Part shown: one piece after another, positions 13,901 to 24,893 of the stretch
How the letters are laid out: each line of letters starts with the position of its first letter
Position numbering within the stretch: position 1 is the stretch's first letter
Origin: Tubulanus polymorphus
Taxonomy: Eukaryota > Animalia > Nemertea
Assembly: GCF_964204645.1 (NCBI RefSeq)
Contig: NC_134028.1
Span: forward strand, 6,324,001-6,388,000
Reading direction: 5' to 3'
Length of the DNA: 64,000 nucleotides
Notes under the pieces: model-generated
Seen by the model: the letters and a program-made list of their open reading frames with translations, nothing else
Told to the model about the DNA's origin: nothing
Databases searched by the model: none
Translations under genes and position numbers: made by a program

Positions 13901-14482
13901 GTTAGTGACGAGGTTTATTTTACTCCTGTTAAATCAAATAAAAAATGAGTCTAAAATGTAAAAGCTACTCTTATTGGTCTATACACCAGCTAACTGGTGA
14001 ATGAAAATTAAGAGCACTCGTATTGACTAAACTCTCACCACAAAAATCTCGTCAGGCCTATTCCATCATGCAGTGCAGATTCTGTGTGATGCTTGTTCGT
14101 TTGTTTCTTTGGATGGAGAGTCCTGTTTCTCCAGACTGCATAATAGAATAGCCCCCTAATCATGGCAGGGTGGCTACTGGCCTGGGAATCGCAAGGAATC
14201 AGAAAAATCTAGAAAAAAATCAGGAAAACTGAAACAAAACTTTGTGAATCTGAAGATATTTCATTCCATATGAACATTGATTGATCTTGTTTTCAGGACC
14301 AGGTGCAGAACCTGATGAGATCACCGCGAGGAACTAGCGGGGTGCCCCCTAGTCTGTTGGGTCCGTCGCCGCGCGAAGGCGGATTATTGGACACACCGAC
14401 TCGTTACGATTCTACGTATTCATCAAACCGCAGCATGGCTCCTCTGTTACCCGAACCGCATTCATCGTACAAGCGATATTAA
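1927..14482 (+). CDS. Multi-exon nuclear protein: N-terminal SAP domain, acidic region, three matrin/U1-type C2H2 Zn fingers (two in CG7065-like modules), Lys/Glu- and Arg/Ser-rich low-complexity regions
   Basis: ATG 1927 (SAP: LANCTVQELKEICVEMNLPVTGRKAQLIERI). About 20 GT-AG exons, approx. 3281-3352, 3879-4050, 4526-4630 + 4864-4931 (CRLC..HIDSETH), 8459-8536, 8847-8993 (YLCNIC..DHVRSLRHRMGFL), 9250-9501, 9847-10567, 10813-11061, 11289-11428 (YLCKTC..DHIRSINHRINYL), 11714-11917, 13036-13205, last exon 14298-14482 ending PHSSYKRY*. Small internal exons are uncertain. Confidence 0.8.
6240..6327 (+). repeat. Three spaced direct repeats TACACGAAGACCG(A/G)TG(A/G)C
   Basis: Copies start at about 6240, 6274 and 6307, separated by dissimilar spacers, inside an intron. 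Confidence 0.8.
8562..8780 (+). mobile_element. Non-autonomous DNA-transposon (MITE) family with CAGGGTGGCCAC-type ends and internal CTGGAAATCAGGGAA motifs
   Basis: Ends in GGCCACCCTG. Related copies or fragments at about 9518-9783, 12690-12970, 13305-13515, 44774-44931, 50611-50869, 51354-51620. Confidence 0.7.
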
Positions 14483-14568
14483 AAAGATTCACACAAAATT
14501 CGTAATTAAAAATATTGCACTGCAGTAAAACCGGTTTTTTCAAGTACAATATCAAGAAACGCTTCCAA

Positions 14569-14804
14569 GGAACCATCCATTTATTTTGTTAGCAAATGTA
14601 GCCGATTTTTTACCCCCTCCCCTTGTACACTCTACTTTTCACTTCCCCCAAGTACAAACGATACAAACACACAGGTCAATAGTGAAAAATGATTAGGTAG
14701 GTACGTACCGTACACTGAGCCATGTACCCCCTCCCTCCCCTGTATGCAATTGTATGCATTTTCACCTTCCTCATATCATACGTACCTACTTAATGGATGG
14801 TCCC
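14569..14804. mobile_element. MITE in the 3' UTR of the SAP/ZnF gene
   Basis: Terminal inverted repeats GGAACCATCCATT (14569-14581) / AATGGATGGTCCC (14792-14804), 12 of 13 matching. Confidence 0.65.
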
Positions 14805-15746
14805 AACCGCTCTTTTTAGTCATTGCACGAATGCAAATTTTGTAAATACATCATCACATTTCTCATAGGAGTTTAATTTGTCTCTACATCATATGTATTT
14901 GTGGTGAAATTTAATGGTTTAATATGTTACATGTTTGATTACTTATTCTTTTTTACCTTCTGACTAACTCCATTGCGTAAATGAATAATTCAATGTGTTA
15001 ATATAATATTGGGTATTGAATATTGGGTCGCATTACATGGCAATTGGTCTTTGTCAAGAATTCATAAAATGTGTAACGTTCACATCTAGGTATTGTACTT
15101 TTTTCAACTTGTCTTTTGTAGAAATAGCTATCTAGTATGTAAATGCATTTAAACATGCGTGGAAATAAAAACAATATATTATATGTAATGTAGTTATTTG
15201 TTCGATGGTTTCTTGGATGACATATTTGAAACATATCTATGATTGCAACATCTACTGTGAGGGCTTATTACAATGATGAAGTTAAAGAACAACAAACCAA
15301 GATATTTTGGTTTTGGACTTAACATTTATAATCTAATTCACTGGTCCTCTCACATTCTTTGTTGCAAGATTCAATTGTACATTGACATCATGCTGTTTCC
15401 TCTGACCTAATTACAAGTCCAATTTCAAATCACTTGACATTGGCAGCTGAATCTCCCCTTACTCATTCTGAACGTTATAGGATCTGGATGACTCGTCTGA
15501 ATTCAAACACATTTGAAGACTAACTCCTTATCATGAAATAGTAAAGATCGAACAAGAAATAATATGAAGTAATATCAGTAAATTTTATTGGAAAATGTGT
15601 CATTACCATTCCTACAGGCAAATACCGAGACTAGCTCAATGCACATATAGTCCTTCATTCATTGTCTCGCAAATATGTTCCACCTAAACGTATCACATCC
15701 TAAACTAATAACGAATTTGTTTCTAATTGATAATAATCGTTCGATG

Positions 15747-17322
15747 CTATTCTAGTTCTACCGTAGCTCCCACTGCCGTTAAAGCGTCTCTTAATTTTTC
15801 CGCCTCCTCTTTATTTAAATCTGCTTTCACGACCTGCGGTGCCGACTCGACAAACTTTTTAGCCTGAAAGACATCGAAATATCACCATTGGAACTACGAG
15901 CAGGGTTCTTGCGGATCGGAGAAATCAAGGAATTGTGGGTTTATTCGAAAATAGGGGAATTCTATTTTTTTTCTTGGAAATCGGGGAATTTTTGGCATCT
16001 TGTTCTTGCTGGTGATGAGTAGCACGAGGAACCTCTTGAAAAGAAACCACGCCCACTGGGAGTTTGTTATGATTTTATCCGGGAAATGTACCTCAACCGT
16101 CAGGGAATTTTGAATCCTTATTTGTAAAAACCCTGTTAGAGAGACCTGATATTTCAGGATAGATTTGTATATAAATTTCGCAGCCTGGATGACAATCCAA
16201 TTTTTACCTGAACTAAATTCAGTCCGCCGACTAGAGCTTTTATCTCTTTGATTAATGCCGTCTTTTTCGGGGGATCGAACTGCATTAGTTTTACCGTAAA
16301 TACACTCTTTTCCACTTTTGCTTCGACTTCTTCAGCAGGCTGCATTAGAGAAGAATTCAAATTTAACTACAATCACTATTTCAATCAAATTGGTGTTAAT
16401 TTGATTCCTTTGATGGCGAATGATCCAAGTCAAACCAGTTTTTAAGTGACCACTGAAACAGACCAGACTGCATCTACTATTTGAGAGCAGTTTCTACTTT
16501 TTAAAAGCTCCTCCCAAAAATATCAAATTACTCTCAAATTCAGAATGATTTTCAGTTAATTTTCAATTAAACTACAGTGGAACCTAGCAAATACGAATCT
16601 TGAGTGGAAAAGTGAGTGTTGTATTAAAAAATGGGTTTCGTATTATCCAAAGCTTGAAATATGTTAGCCGAGACATGCTGGAAATCAACGTAATAAACGG
16701 GTTTCCTCCTAAACACAATCGTATTAACGAGGTTCGACTGTACTACTTTAAATGGCAAATTACTTTTTATTTTTGGTGAAAACCATTACAATTACAGATA
16801 GGCCTTTATCAGACAGTCTGATCAGCTGAAATAACTTAATTCTTTAAAATCTACCTGAGAAGCAGCAGCAGGCATCGCCATTGACATCATAGGAGTGTCC
16901 TGTATATTTAATGTTTTCTGAAACGAAAATAAATCTGATTGAAATTAGCCTTCTTCCTTCCCGTTTCAATCTTATAGTTAAGAGATAAATGCTCAAATGT
17001 CTGTTCTATCTTGTCTGGGAACGATTTGAGGCATGCGTTCAAAAGATTCAGCGAAATATTCCCAAAAAAATTATCCTGGACAAAAAATCAAGACTACGGA
17101 GAATTGAAGGAAATCACGAACCTTGAGTAACTCGTTAAAATCTGCCACTTCGATCAGCGTCAGACGCGATATATCTTCGACTAATTGTTTGATTTTTGGC
17201 GTGTATTCTTTATCGACGCCCTCTGGTGTTGGAGCTGGAATCGTACAGTAATTTCGTCTCATTTTGTTGCAGACGGCGAATGTCGCAGGTGTCTGACAAC
17301 ACAGCCTAGAAAAAACAACCAT
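15747..17322 (-). CDS. MRPL12: Mitochondrial ribosomal protein L12 (bL12m)
   Basis: Exons 17322-17122, 16917-16855, 16339-16208, 15863-15747: ..[46 protein letters not shown]/..[69 protein letters not shown]. True start uncertain (an acceptor-like site near 17307 allows an upstream exon). Confidence 0.95.
16575..16740. mobile_element. Tc1/mariner(pogo)-type MITE
   Basis: TA|CAGTGGAACCT...GAGGTTCGACTG|TA: terminal inverted repeats with TA target-site duplication. Confidence 0.75.
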
Positions 17323-18757
17323 CGAATTAAACTCGATATGTTAAAGTTATCCTGCAGCAATCACCCTCCAACTGAGATGACTATTGATAGAAAACGAAAT
17401 TAATGCACCCTTACAGATCAGTCATTCCAGGATATGTTTTCAATGAAAAAATTTCAAATTTCGAAGAAGTCTCCGCATCACGTTTATTTCCCAATAGCAG
17501 TAGACTCCTCCTAAATCAGTACTGTTTATCTCGGTAAAGTATTAATCTAGGGGTTTTGTAGGCAAATTTTATCAATTCACTACACAAACTTAGTTTCTAA
17601 TCCAGTAACCACGACCTGATTTGGTAACAAAAAATTCAGGTTCCAACTGAATCGATTTAGGGGTAGTCTACTTTACAACTACAAACTAAACAATCAGTAT
17701 CGGTTGGTACGAAAATCCATATTTTTGGGTCCCCGGAGTTTGTTGCGTAACAACAAGAAGGTTCCAATTGGGTGTATGCCCTGCCTGGCCCAGGGCCAGG
17801 ACCTTGTCGGTGGAAAGGTGGTGGGCGCTTATCTCGGTGAAACCATGTTATTTTGGCAGAATATAATATATATACCGTATAACAACTTCATCATTGACAT
17901 TCATTATCATTAGATGCAAGGTGAAGAATGTACCTTTATTTAGGCCTACCAGAAAAATTAAATTGCCCAAGTTGAAATCGAATTAATTGAAATTTCGTAT
18001 TCAAAAAGAATTTTTCCGCATTTACCTTTTACCGATTACATAAGTAGCATTATACACAACTCGCAAATTACGCATGATTCCAAAATTCGCCGATTATTAC
18101 GAGTAAAACACGCGAAAAGTAAAAATAACTCCTTCAAACTTCAATTCAATTCAATCCTGGTTAACAGGAAGTGCATGCTTCATGCAGAATCGTGCTATTA
18201 ACCGCCGGAAACCGTCATTGATACAACGTGAAAGTTGGCGGACGGCCGGCGCTTTTTAAAAAAACGCGGGTCACCATGCTTAACATGCTGATTGGGGTAC
18301 GTTCAACAGTTTTAACTAGAATCATTTTTTTTCAATTCTAACCTTGTATTCGGGACCGTATGCTAACCAATGACGGGTTTAAAATTACTCGGCGCCGCCG
18401 GGAACACTTTCTACGTATTATTCATGCCATTATCTCATTACGTTCTAGCCAATCGCTCACTACAAAAAATTAATGTAAATAAATGGAATTCAAAATGAAA
18501 TGTACGATCTAAACTATCAACCGGGTGCAAAACAGGTTCAACAAACAGCCCAGACGATAAGTACGGTTCTCTCGGTAGCTGAACTTTTGTACTAACCGGC
18601 GTACCTTGAATAAATCATGGTTAAATACCGATGTATTTGAGGGGCAAACTAAAGGGCACCCGCCATCCATAATGCTTGCATGATATTATGAAACAAGTAA
18701 TTGATATTAGACCCTGACGTTGCCGAAACTGGCCCGCCGAATCATTTATCACTAATT

Positions 18758-19699
18758 TCAATTCGTTAGCCTCAACCACCGTTTTAGAATTTCCATAACT
18801 TCTCTACTCGAACCAGCGTAAAGAAAGAAATTTATTGAAAAGTTCCAGACTGCAAATGTACTTGTGATATTTAAAGGGACTACTGACGCAGTGTATGTAA
18901 CGAATAACGAACCAACTGCACTGGGCAACATGAATATAACATAGGCGGCCGCTACACTTGACAGCATAATGGTGGTTCTTCTGCTTTGAGCTTGTTTCTG
19001 GCCACCAGTACCGAAATTGCGAGTGGCTATGAGTTTCTGAATAATCAGCAAATTGATCAACATGATGCTTAACATCGGGAAATATTTGTAAAGGATCGGC
19101 GAAATGATGAACGTCAGCGATACCAATTCGGGCGTGACGTAGCAGCCGATTTTAGCGCCATATTCGATGACAGTAACGTTCAAATACGTTTGCGTAGTGA
19201 GTGATGCTAACGAAAAACAGAAGCAAACAATTCGAGCGGTTTTCGGCGTGCAGATGAGTCGGGATTTTATAGGAATTGTCACTACAACCAGTCTTTCTAG
19301 CGACATGATAACGATCGTATAAGAACTTCCCATTAAACAAAAATCTAGGACTACATCGGCTAGTCGACACGCGAAAATATGCTTCATTTCGAATACGAGT
19401 GTTGCGAACAATTCGAAAGACAGTGTGTTCATCCACGATACGCTGTAAATAGCCAGAGTGACGTTGTCGTAAACGGCTAGCGACATGACGTAGTACGCAT
19501 ACGAGTGACGACGCATTTGAGGTGTGGCCATTATTGCCAGCGATAAAGAATTGCCGAAAATACCAATGACGATGCTCACTGGAAAACTGTACAATATGAT
19601 AACGCGGGAAATGTCTTTCGCGCGCGGCATCATCTGGAAATGGAATGCCGCGTACGTTGCAACCCAACTCGCGGTTGTTGTTTGGTTACCGCTGGACAT
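18758..19699 (-). CDS. Intronless class A (rhodopsin-like) orphan GPCR
   Basis: 313-aa ORF with 7 hydrophobic segments; GN in TM1 (IFGNSLS), LAxxD (SLAVYD), ERL at the DRY position, TM6 MLP, TM7 NFFLY; N-terminal NQT glycosylation sequon. Confidence 0.92.
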   Translation of the reverse strand: MSSGNQTTTASWVATYAAFHFQMMPRAKDISRVIILYSFPVSIVIGIFGNSLSLAIMATPQMRRHSYAYYVMSLAVYDNVTLAIYSVSWMNTLSFELFATLVFEMKHIFACRLADVVLDFCLMGSSYTIVIMSLERLVVVTIPIKSRLICTPKTARIVCFCFSLASLTTQTYLNVTVIEYGAKIGCYVTPELVSLTFIISPILYKYFPMLSIMLINLLIIQKLIATRNFGTGGQKQAQSRRTTIMLSSVAAAYVIFMLPSAVGSLFVTYTASVVPLNITSTFAVWNFSINFFLYAGSSREVMEILKRWLRLTN

Positions 19700-20546
19700 G
19701 ATTGTAATTGATTCGGTCGTCTGCTACCCTGCGATTTCTAATTTCGATCTCCCTATTTTTCTACAGCAAAAGTCAATTTAAATCTTCATTGATCGATGTG
19801 ATGTTTTAATATAGTAGAAATAATATTTTTTCAATATTCGTTTAAGAAACAAATCGTTATTGTAAAGTTCTCGTTTTTTTTCCTGCATAACCGCCGATGT
19901 AGGAAATATTGATTCATTGAATAAACCAATAACAACGACAAAATCCGATTTAATATTCTGGTTTATTCTGGTTTATTTGTCCAATACATTCACTTAACCC
20001 ACCTATAGATTTGTTTAGATTTGTTTAAAAATTAATGTTCCGTCGTCATTTACGACAATCTAATTTTAACAATGTGATTAATCTGACGAAAGAAACGAGG
20101 ACTGAACCAGCTTAAGAGCGTTTGAGCAAAGATTTGATAGTATTCATATGTGTAGCGAACATGTTTTTTACAGCCTATAAAATCTGTTTTGAATATATCA
20201 CAAGAAACGTTTGTGTTTATCTAAAGAAACATCGTGGTTTACCACGCGTGCTCAGTATCGGTTTACCTGCGCTTACCTTACCCTTATTCCGCCGATATAA
20301 ATAGACTTGGTGTTGCTTCAACCGTTCGTACAGGTAAATGAATAATATTTCAGTGTTACATTAATACTAATATATGAACGATTTATAGGAATTAGTACCG
20401 TGCGTGCTCTCGCCTCTCGTTCGTTTGTGCAATATACAAATAATATTCGGAATAAACTAAAATCTAGGTAACGTATTAATATATATATATAGAGAGGGTG
20501 TTTACATTGATCCGCATTTACTTTATCATGAATCTTGGCGTTGCTG

Positions 20547-20558
20547 CCAAGATGGCGG
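20547..20558 (+). promoter_or_regulatory. YY1-like motif upstream of the microprotein gene
   Basis: CCAAGATGGCGG matches the YY1 consensus CAANATGGCGG, about 160 nt before ATG 20715. Confidence 0.4.
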
Positions 20559-20714
20559 TGAAACTTTACCGTCAGAATAAAGAGGGAAAACGTGCAAAGA
20601 CGCAAACCATCTTTTACAGTAATTTATATATTTGCGTAGTCGTGGTCCAATTAAAAGTAGTTTGATTATATCTCTCCAGTTGCAGCTTTTATTTGGAATC
20701 GGAATATTATCAAT

Positions 20715-21032
20715 ATGTCGGACGGGCCATCGCAGCAACAGCCAACCGAGAAAAAACGACCGGTGATGCCCGATTGGCAGCCTGCACCAGTGCGTTCACG
20801 ACGAAATAAGGGCCAGGCCACTTATCAACAACCCTTTGGGGCACCTGCAAGGCCGCCGAAACGAGGCGGAAGTGCATACGTTGAGGTAAAAAGTGCAGCA
20901 AAAACTCTTAACCGGAAATCCACTTACGCTGTATTTCAATTCACCCGATGATATTACAATTTGCTGGGTTTTTAAGTATTGAAATAATATTGTTATTTTC
21001 AGCCTACCAAGCCGAAGGATCAGCAAAAGTAA
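20715..21032 (+). CDS. Two-exon 66-aa basic Pro/Gln/Arg-rich microprotein, unknown function
   Basis: Exon 20715-20885 (MSDGPSQQQPTEKKRPVMPDWQPAPVRSRRNKGQATYQQPFGAPARPPKRGGSAYVE), donor GTAAAA, acceptor TTTTCAG, exon 21003-21032 (PTKPKDQQK*); AATAAA near 21199. Confidence 0.65.
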
Positions 21033-21581
21033 CCATGAATCATTCACTGTTTTTACTTGGATTTTTCTCTACCTTCTGTGAAGCGATGGACGCCGATCAT
21101 CGAACAGCACTTTGCAGCGACTGTTCAGCATTATAATACGAAGTGTTTTCTGCTTTTCTACCATTACAATACACGTATTATATGAAGTTTTGATTAAAAA
21201 TAAATTTCTTATTTCAAAATGGATTTCACTGTTTCGTTCGTCTGTCTGGTGTGGTGTGGAATGACATGAAATTATGATATCGCCGCAAGTTTGCCATCAG
21301 GACCCAGTTCCATAGTCGTGAGTTAGATTTTGATATTGATATTTCTTTATTTGTCAAAGTATCACATTACTTGTACGACATAAGGGTTAACTTTTGAGTT
21401 GACATTAGTTCATTTGCGATGTTTTAACTCAAGAATAAGATCTGAGCTCAGAACTGTGGCACTGGATCTTGCTTATAACTCTTGATAATGAGCTCGATGT
21501 CATCAATATGGTTGTTGACAAAACAGTCTTTGAGAGTAGTATGTTCTCTATTTGTATGTGATTTAATTTATTGAAAGGATG

Positions 21582-21629
21582 ACTATCATAGATGTTATAC
21601 CAGTCACTATCATAGATGTTATACCAGTC
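21582..21629 (+). repeat. Perfect 24-bp tandem duplication
   Basis: ACTATCATAGATGTTATACCAGTC twice in succession. Confidence 0.85.
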
Positions 21630-22204
21630 CTCAAGTTCGATTTTACAGGGCTATTCGGCCCTCTTATTATGTATCCAGACAGATCAACTTTATGGTCCAT
21701 GCTAATTTCTGATTACCGCAACTCTTTGGAACACAGAAAACCCATAGATTCACAGTGATTCAACCCACATGCGATAAGCTATAACCAGGAACAAGATAAT
21801 GTGAGTAGTGAACTCTACCAGGTTAACAGATGTCAGAAAACCAGACAGCTTAAAATTCTCATCTCACTATTAAATTTTGGACAAATTACAACAAATTTCA
21901 TATTGCAGAGGTTATCTGTGAAATGCTAAAAAATAATGATAAGTAAAGTTGAGAAGCGCTTGTTTAAATCATGGAAAACGAATTTTCATAAAAGATAAGG
22001 TGGAATGGATTCAGAGACGTTGTATAGGCACGTACGCATGCACACCTAAGTCTAACATATAGACAGGTGTTTTAAATGCGACAGATTTTGCTGAAGTTTC
22101 CGTGAAATAAATTCACTGTACACATGTCGCACATGCACCGGTAACAAGGACTTCATTGTGCAAACGTGGACGATAGGAAGTGTTTTATTACTAACGCCGA
22201 GAGG

Positions 22205-23286
22205 ATGCGTTTCAAAACGATTTTCTTCGCTCATCTAATCCTACTTTTTATACTAAGCGTCGCTCTAGCACAAGTAAGTTGACAATTATTCTCTAAGATA
22301 GCCAATCTCATTTCAGAAATAATTACTTCTTATCTTGAAGTTTATACTTAAAAAAAGTTAGTTTCCAATGTTTACGATCATTTCTCGAAACTAAATTTGT
22401 ATGTCTTAAACCAATTTTTGAAACATATCTTGGTTTCGAAAATTATATGCTATACCCAAGTGAATATACAAGAACTAATATCAAACCTATAGCTAAGCAA
22501 CTTTGCCATTTTTGACGAGAGTTCGTGAATATTTTCTGTCAATGGATTCTTTTCTATTGCAGAATGATCAAAATGCTCAGAAATCAAATATCAATCCGAA
22601 TGTACATAGTACAGGGCCAAATGTAGTGAAAACAAACCCACATTCTGCTGACGCTGCAAACCAGCCGCCACCACCGGCGAATAAGAACGCTCGGGTGAAT
22701 GCCCCACCTCCGCCTAGCCCTACGACACGACAACAACGGGTCGTAAAAGACATGGACCCATCAGCTACATATACAGATACGGATAAACGTTTCATTGTAG
22801 AAGGTATAAATGCGTGCAAATCCAATACATTTAGGAAATCGAAAAAGTATAACTTTGAAATATCTTATGATTCAACCTTTGTCCTTTGATTTCATTTTTA
22901 AAGTTCCGATGGCAAAAGGCAGTATTCATCCACCAACAGGTAAATTCTTTATGTATCTTACATCACCGCAGATGGTCATAAACAGACAGAAATATAATTC
23001 AATTCAATTCAGACCTAATTCGATTCGCAAAAAGCTGCCAAAATCCTAACGTCCGGGGTCCAGTTCCACAGTCCGTAGTTCATTTTCAATTAGTAAATTC
23101 TGTGTCAAATCTGATCTCAGAACTGGAAGTGGATCTAGCAATGAGGAGATTTATCAATTACTATAACGTATATATTTTGATTTTTTCACAGGAAATCCCT
23201 TTGTACCACCGGAAATAGCGCTGTCGTTTTTATCAAAAGGATCACGAATTATTAGAACGCGGAAAGTCACAACGCCATCCAAGTGA
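22205..23286 (+). CDS. Four-exon secreted Pro/Asn-rich orphan protein (about 146 aa)
   Basis: Exon 22205-22273 MRFKTIFFAHLILLFILSVALAQ (signal peptide) with GTAAGT donor; 22563-22803; 22904-22939; 23192-23286 ending RIIRTRKVTTPSK*. All phases compatible; AATAAA overlaps the stop. Confidence 0.72.
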
Positions 23287-24583
23287 ATAAAGGCTTCATT
23301 CAACGTATTTACCATCTCATTGAAATTATAGGCATAATATTTGTTTATGGAAAATAAAACATTTATCTCAACGTGATTTTCATTCTGTGCCATGCGTTTT
23401 ATTCTTAATATTTATCCTTCTGGTATCAATCAGTTGCACAGGTCAAAGAGTCGGATTGCTGGTGGGCACCTAGTCCGCCGCTTAATCACATCTCAGTCGA
23501 TTGCTAAAACCGGGGTTAGGTCTGGCGATCGACCTGGTACCTAACTTTACCAGAAGGTGCTGCCGCTAGACTCATCGTTAGCGGAATTTCCTTACACTAA
23601 TGGAAACATACCCTGGCAATTCAACGTGCTGCCAAAAGTGCTGACTGCCAGAGTCGGTTATGTTAATTCGTTTATTAGTGTATGCAAAATCCGCTAACGA
23701 CGGGCATAGCGGCAGCACTTTATGGTGTAGTGAGGCCGCATTACTCGCCTATGGCACCAGTGGGCAGGGCGGCGGTAAAGCTCTTCAACCTCCCTGTATG
23801 CACGCAATTACCGGGGTAAACGTTATGCTTAAAACTTCCATATTTTCAAACACAGTCAAAATGATTTTCAATGAATGTTCCAATTTTGGAATGGATGAGA
23901 TAACGACAAATAGGGTGGAATAGTGTATAAATACTTGGACCCTCAGATACTGCCCTTAAATCAGCCGCTGTAAAAACGCCTATCATCCATGGACATAGAC
24001 ATGCCCCACAACGCTTAGATTTACCCAATGACTTCAACAAGCTGCAAACAGACAGATGGAGGCGCAATATTCGCATCACGTGTGTGATCACGTTTATCAA
24101 TAGTTGAGCAATAGTTTATACGTATCTAAAACAAATTAATTTCCTTGCGTTGAGAAAATTCGCCGCTATCAGAGAGAGTAATTCTAATATGTATTGATTA
24201 ATTCGGCGACCACTAATATGGTGTAATTAAACACACAATACGTCCGCGAACTGATCAGCTGCCCGGTGAGTCAACCAGCAGGCAACGGATACTCCGTGAC
24301 CAGCATAAAAATGGTATTGAATTTGAAATGTCAATCTGCTTTGTTTATGATTTAGTGGCCAATTTAATTCAGTTTATTCAGTGACAAGTTTATTCTTACC
24401 CGTAAATAAATTATCAAACTTCGATTTATGCAGAATCGATATAGTGTGAATAAATCTAATCTCTTCTATTCTACCGGAACCATATAGATCTTCTCGTGGT
24501 CACGACTGCAATCCGTAATTTATGCAGAATGAATTCTAATTCAGGACAAATATTTAGAATATGCATTTCGGACAAAGGGTCCA

Positions 24584-24667
24584 ATATATAAGAGCTTCAA
24601 ATTCAATCCAAGCAGGCAATAAGAACTCGTCACTGGTACTGGTTGTAACTGGCTGTGATTTGAAAAA
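24584..24667 (+). promoter_or_regulatory. Putative TATA box and non-coding first exon of toxin-like copy 1
   Basis: ATATATAAG near 24584, donor GTGAGT at 24668, acceptor TTTTCTAG ending 24883 just before ATG 24894. Confidence 0.5.
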
Positions 24668-24893
24668 GTGAGTACAATGAATTGTGAACTGTGGTAAAAG
24701 ATTTACTTCAGTAATATCATACAAAGCACTTCTATTATATGCTTTCGAAAAATACTGCTTATTCCTTTAATGATCGATCTTTTTTCTGGTTCAGATCCAA
24801 CCAAAAAGAAAGAGTTTATTTGTTTTCAAATTTTCACGGAATTATCGTTTACAATAGAATGTATGGTTGATTATATTTTCTAGAATCTTCGCG

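Noticed and set aside
23846-24041. Possible terminal exon of SLC46 (LLKSLGKSKR...) that would nest both toxin genes
   Set aside because: A closer, phase-compatible last exon exists at 30131-30062, and this ORF runs into a dispersed repeat.
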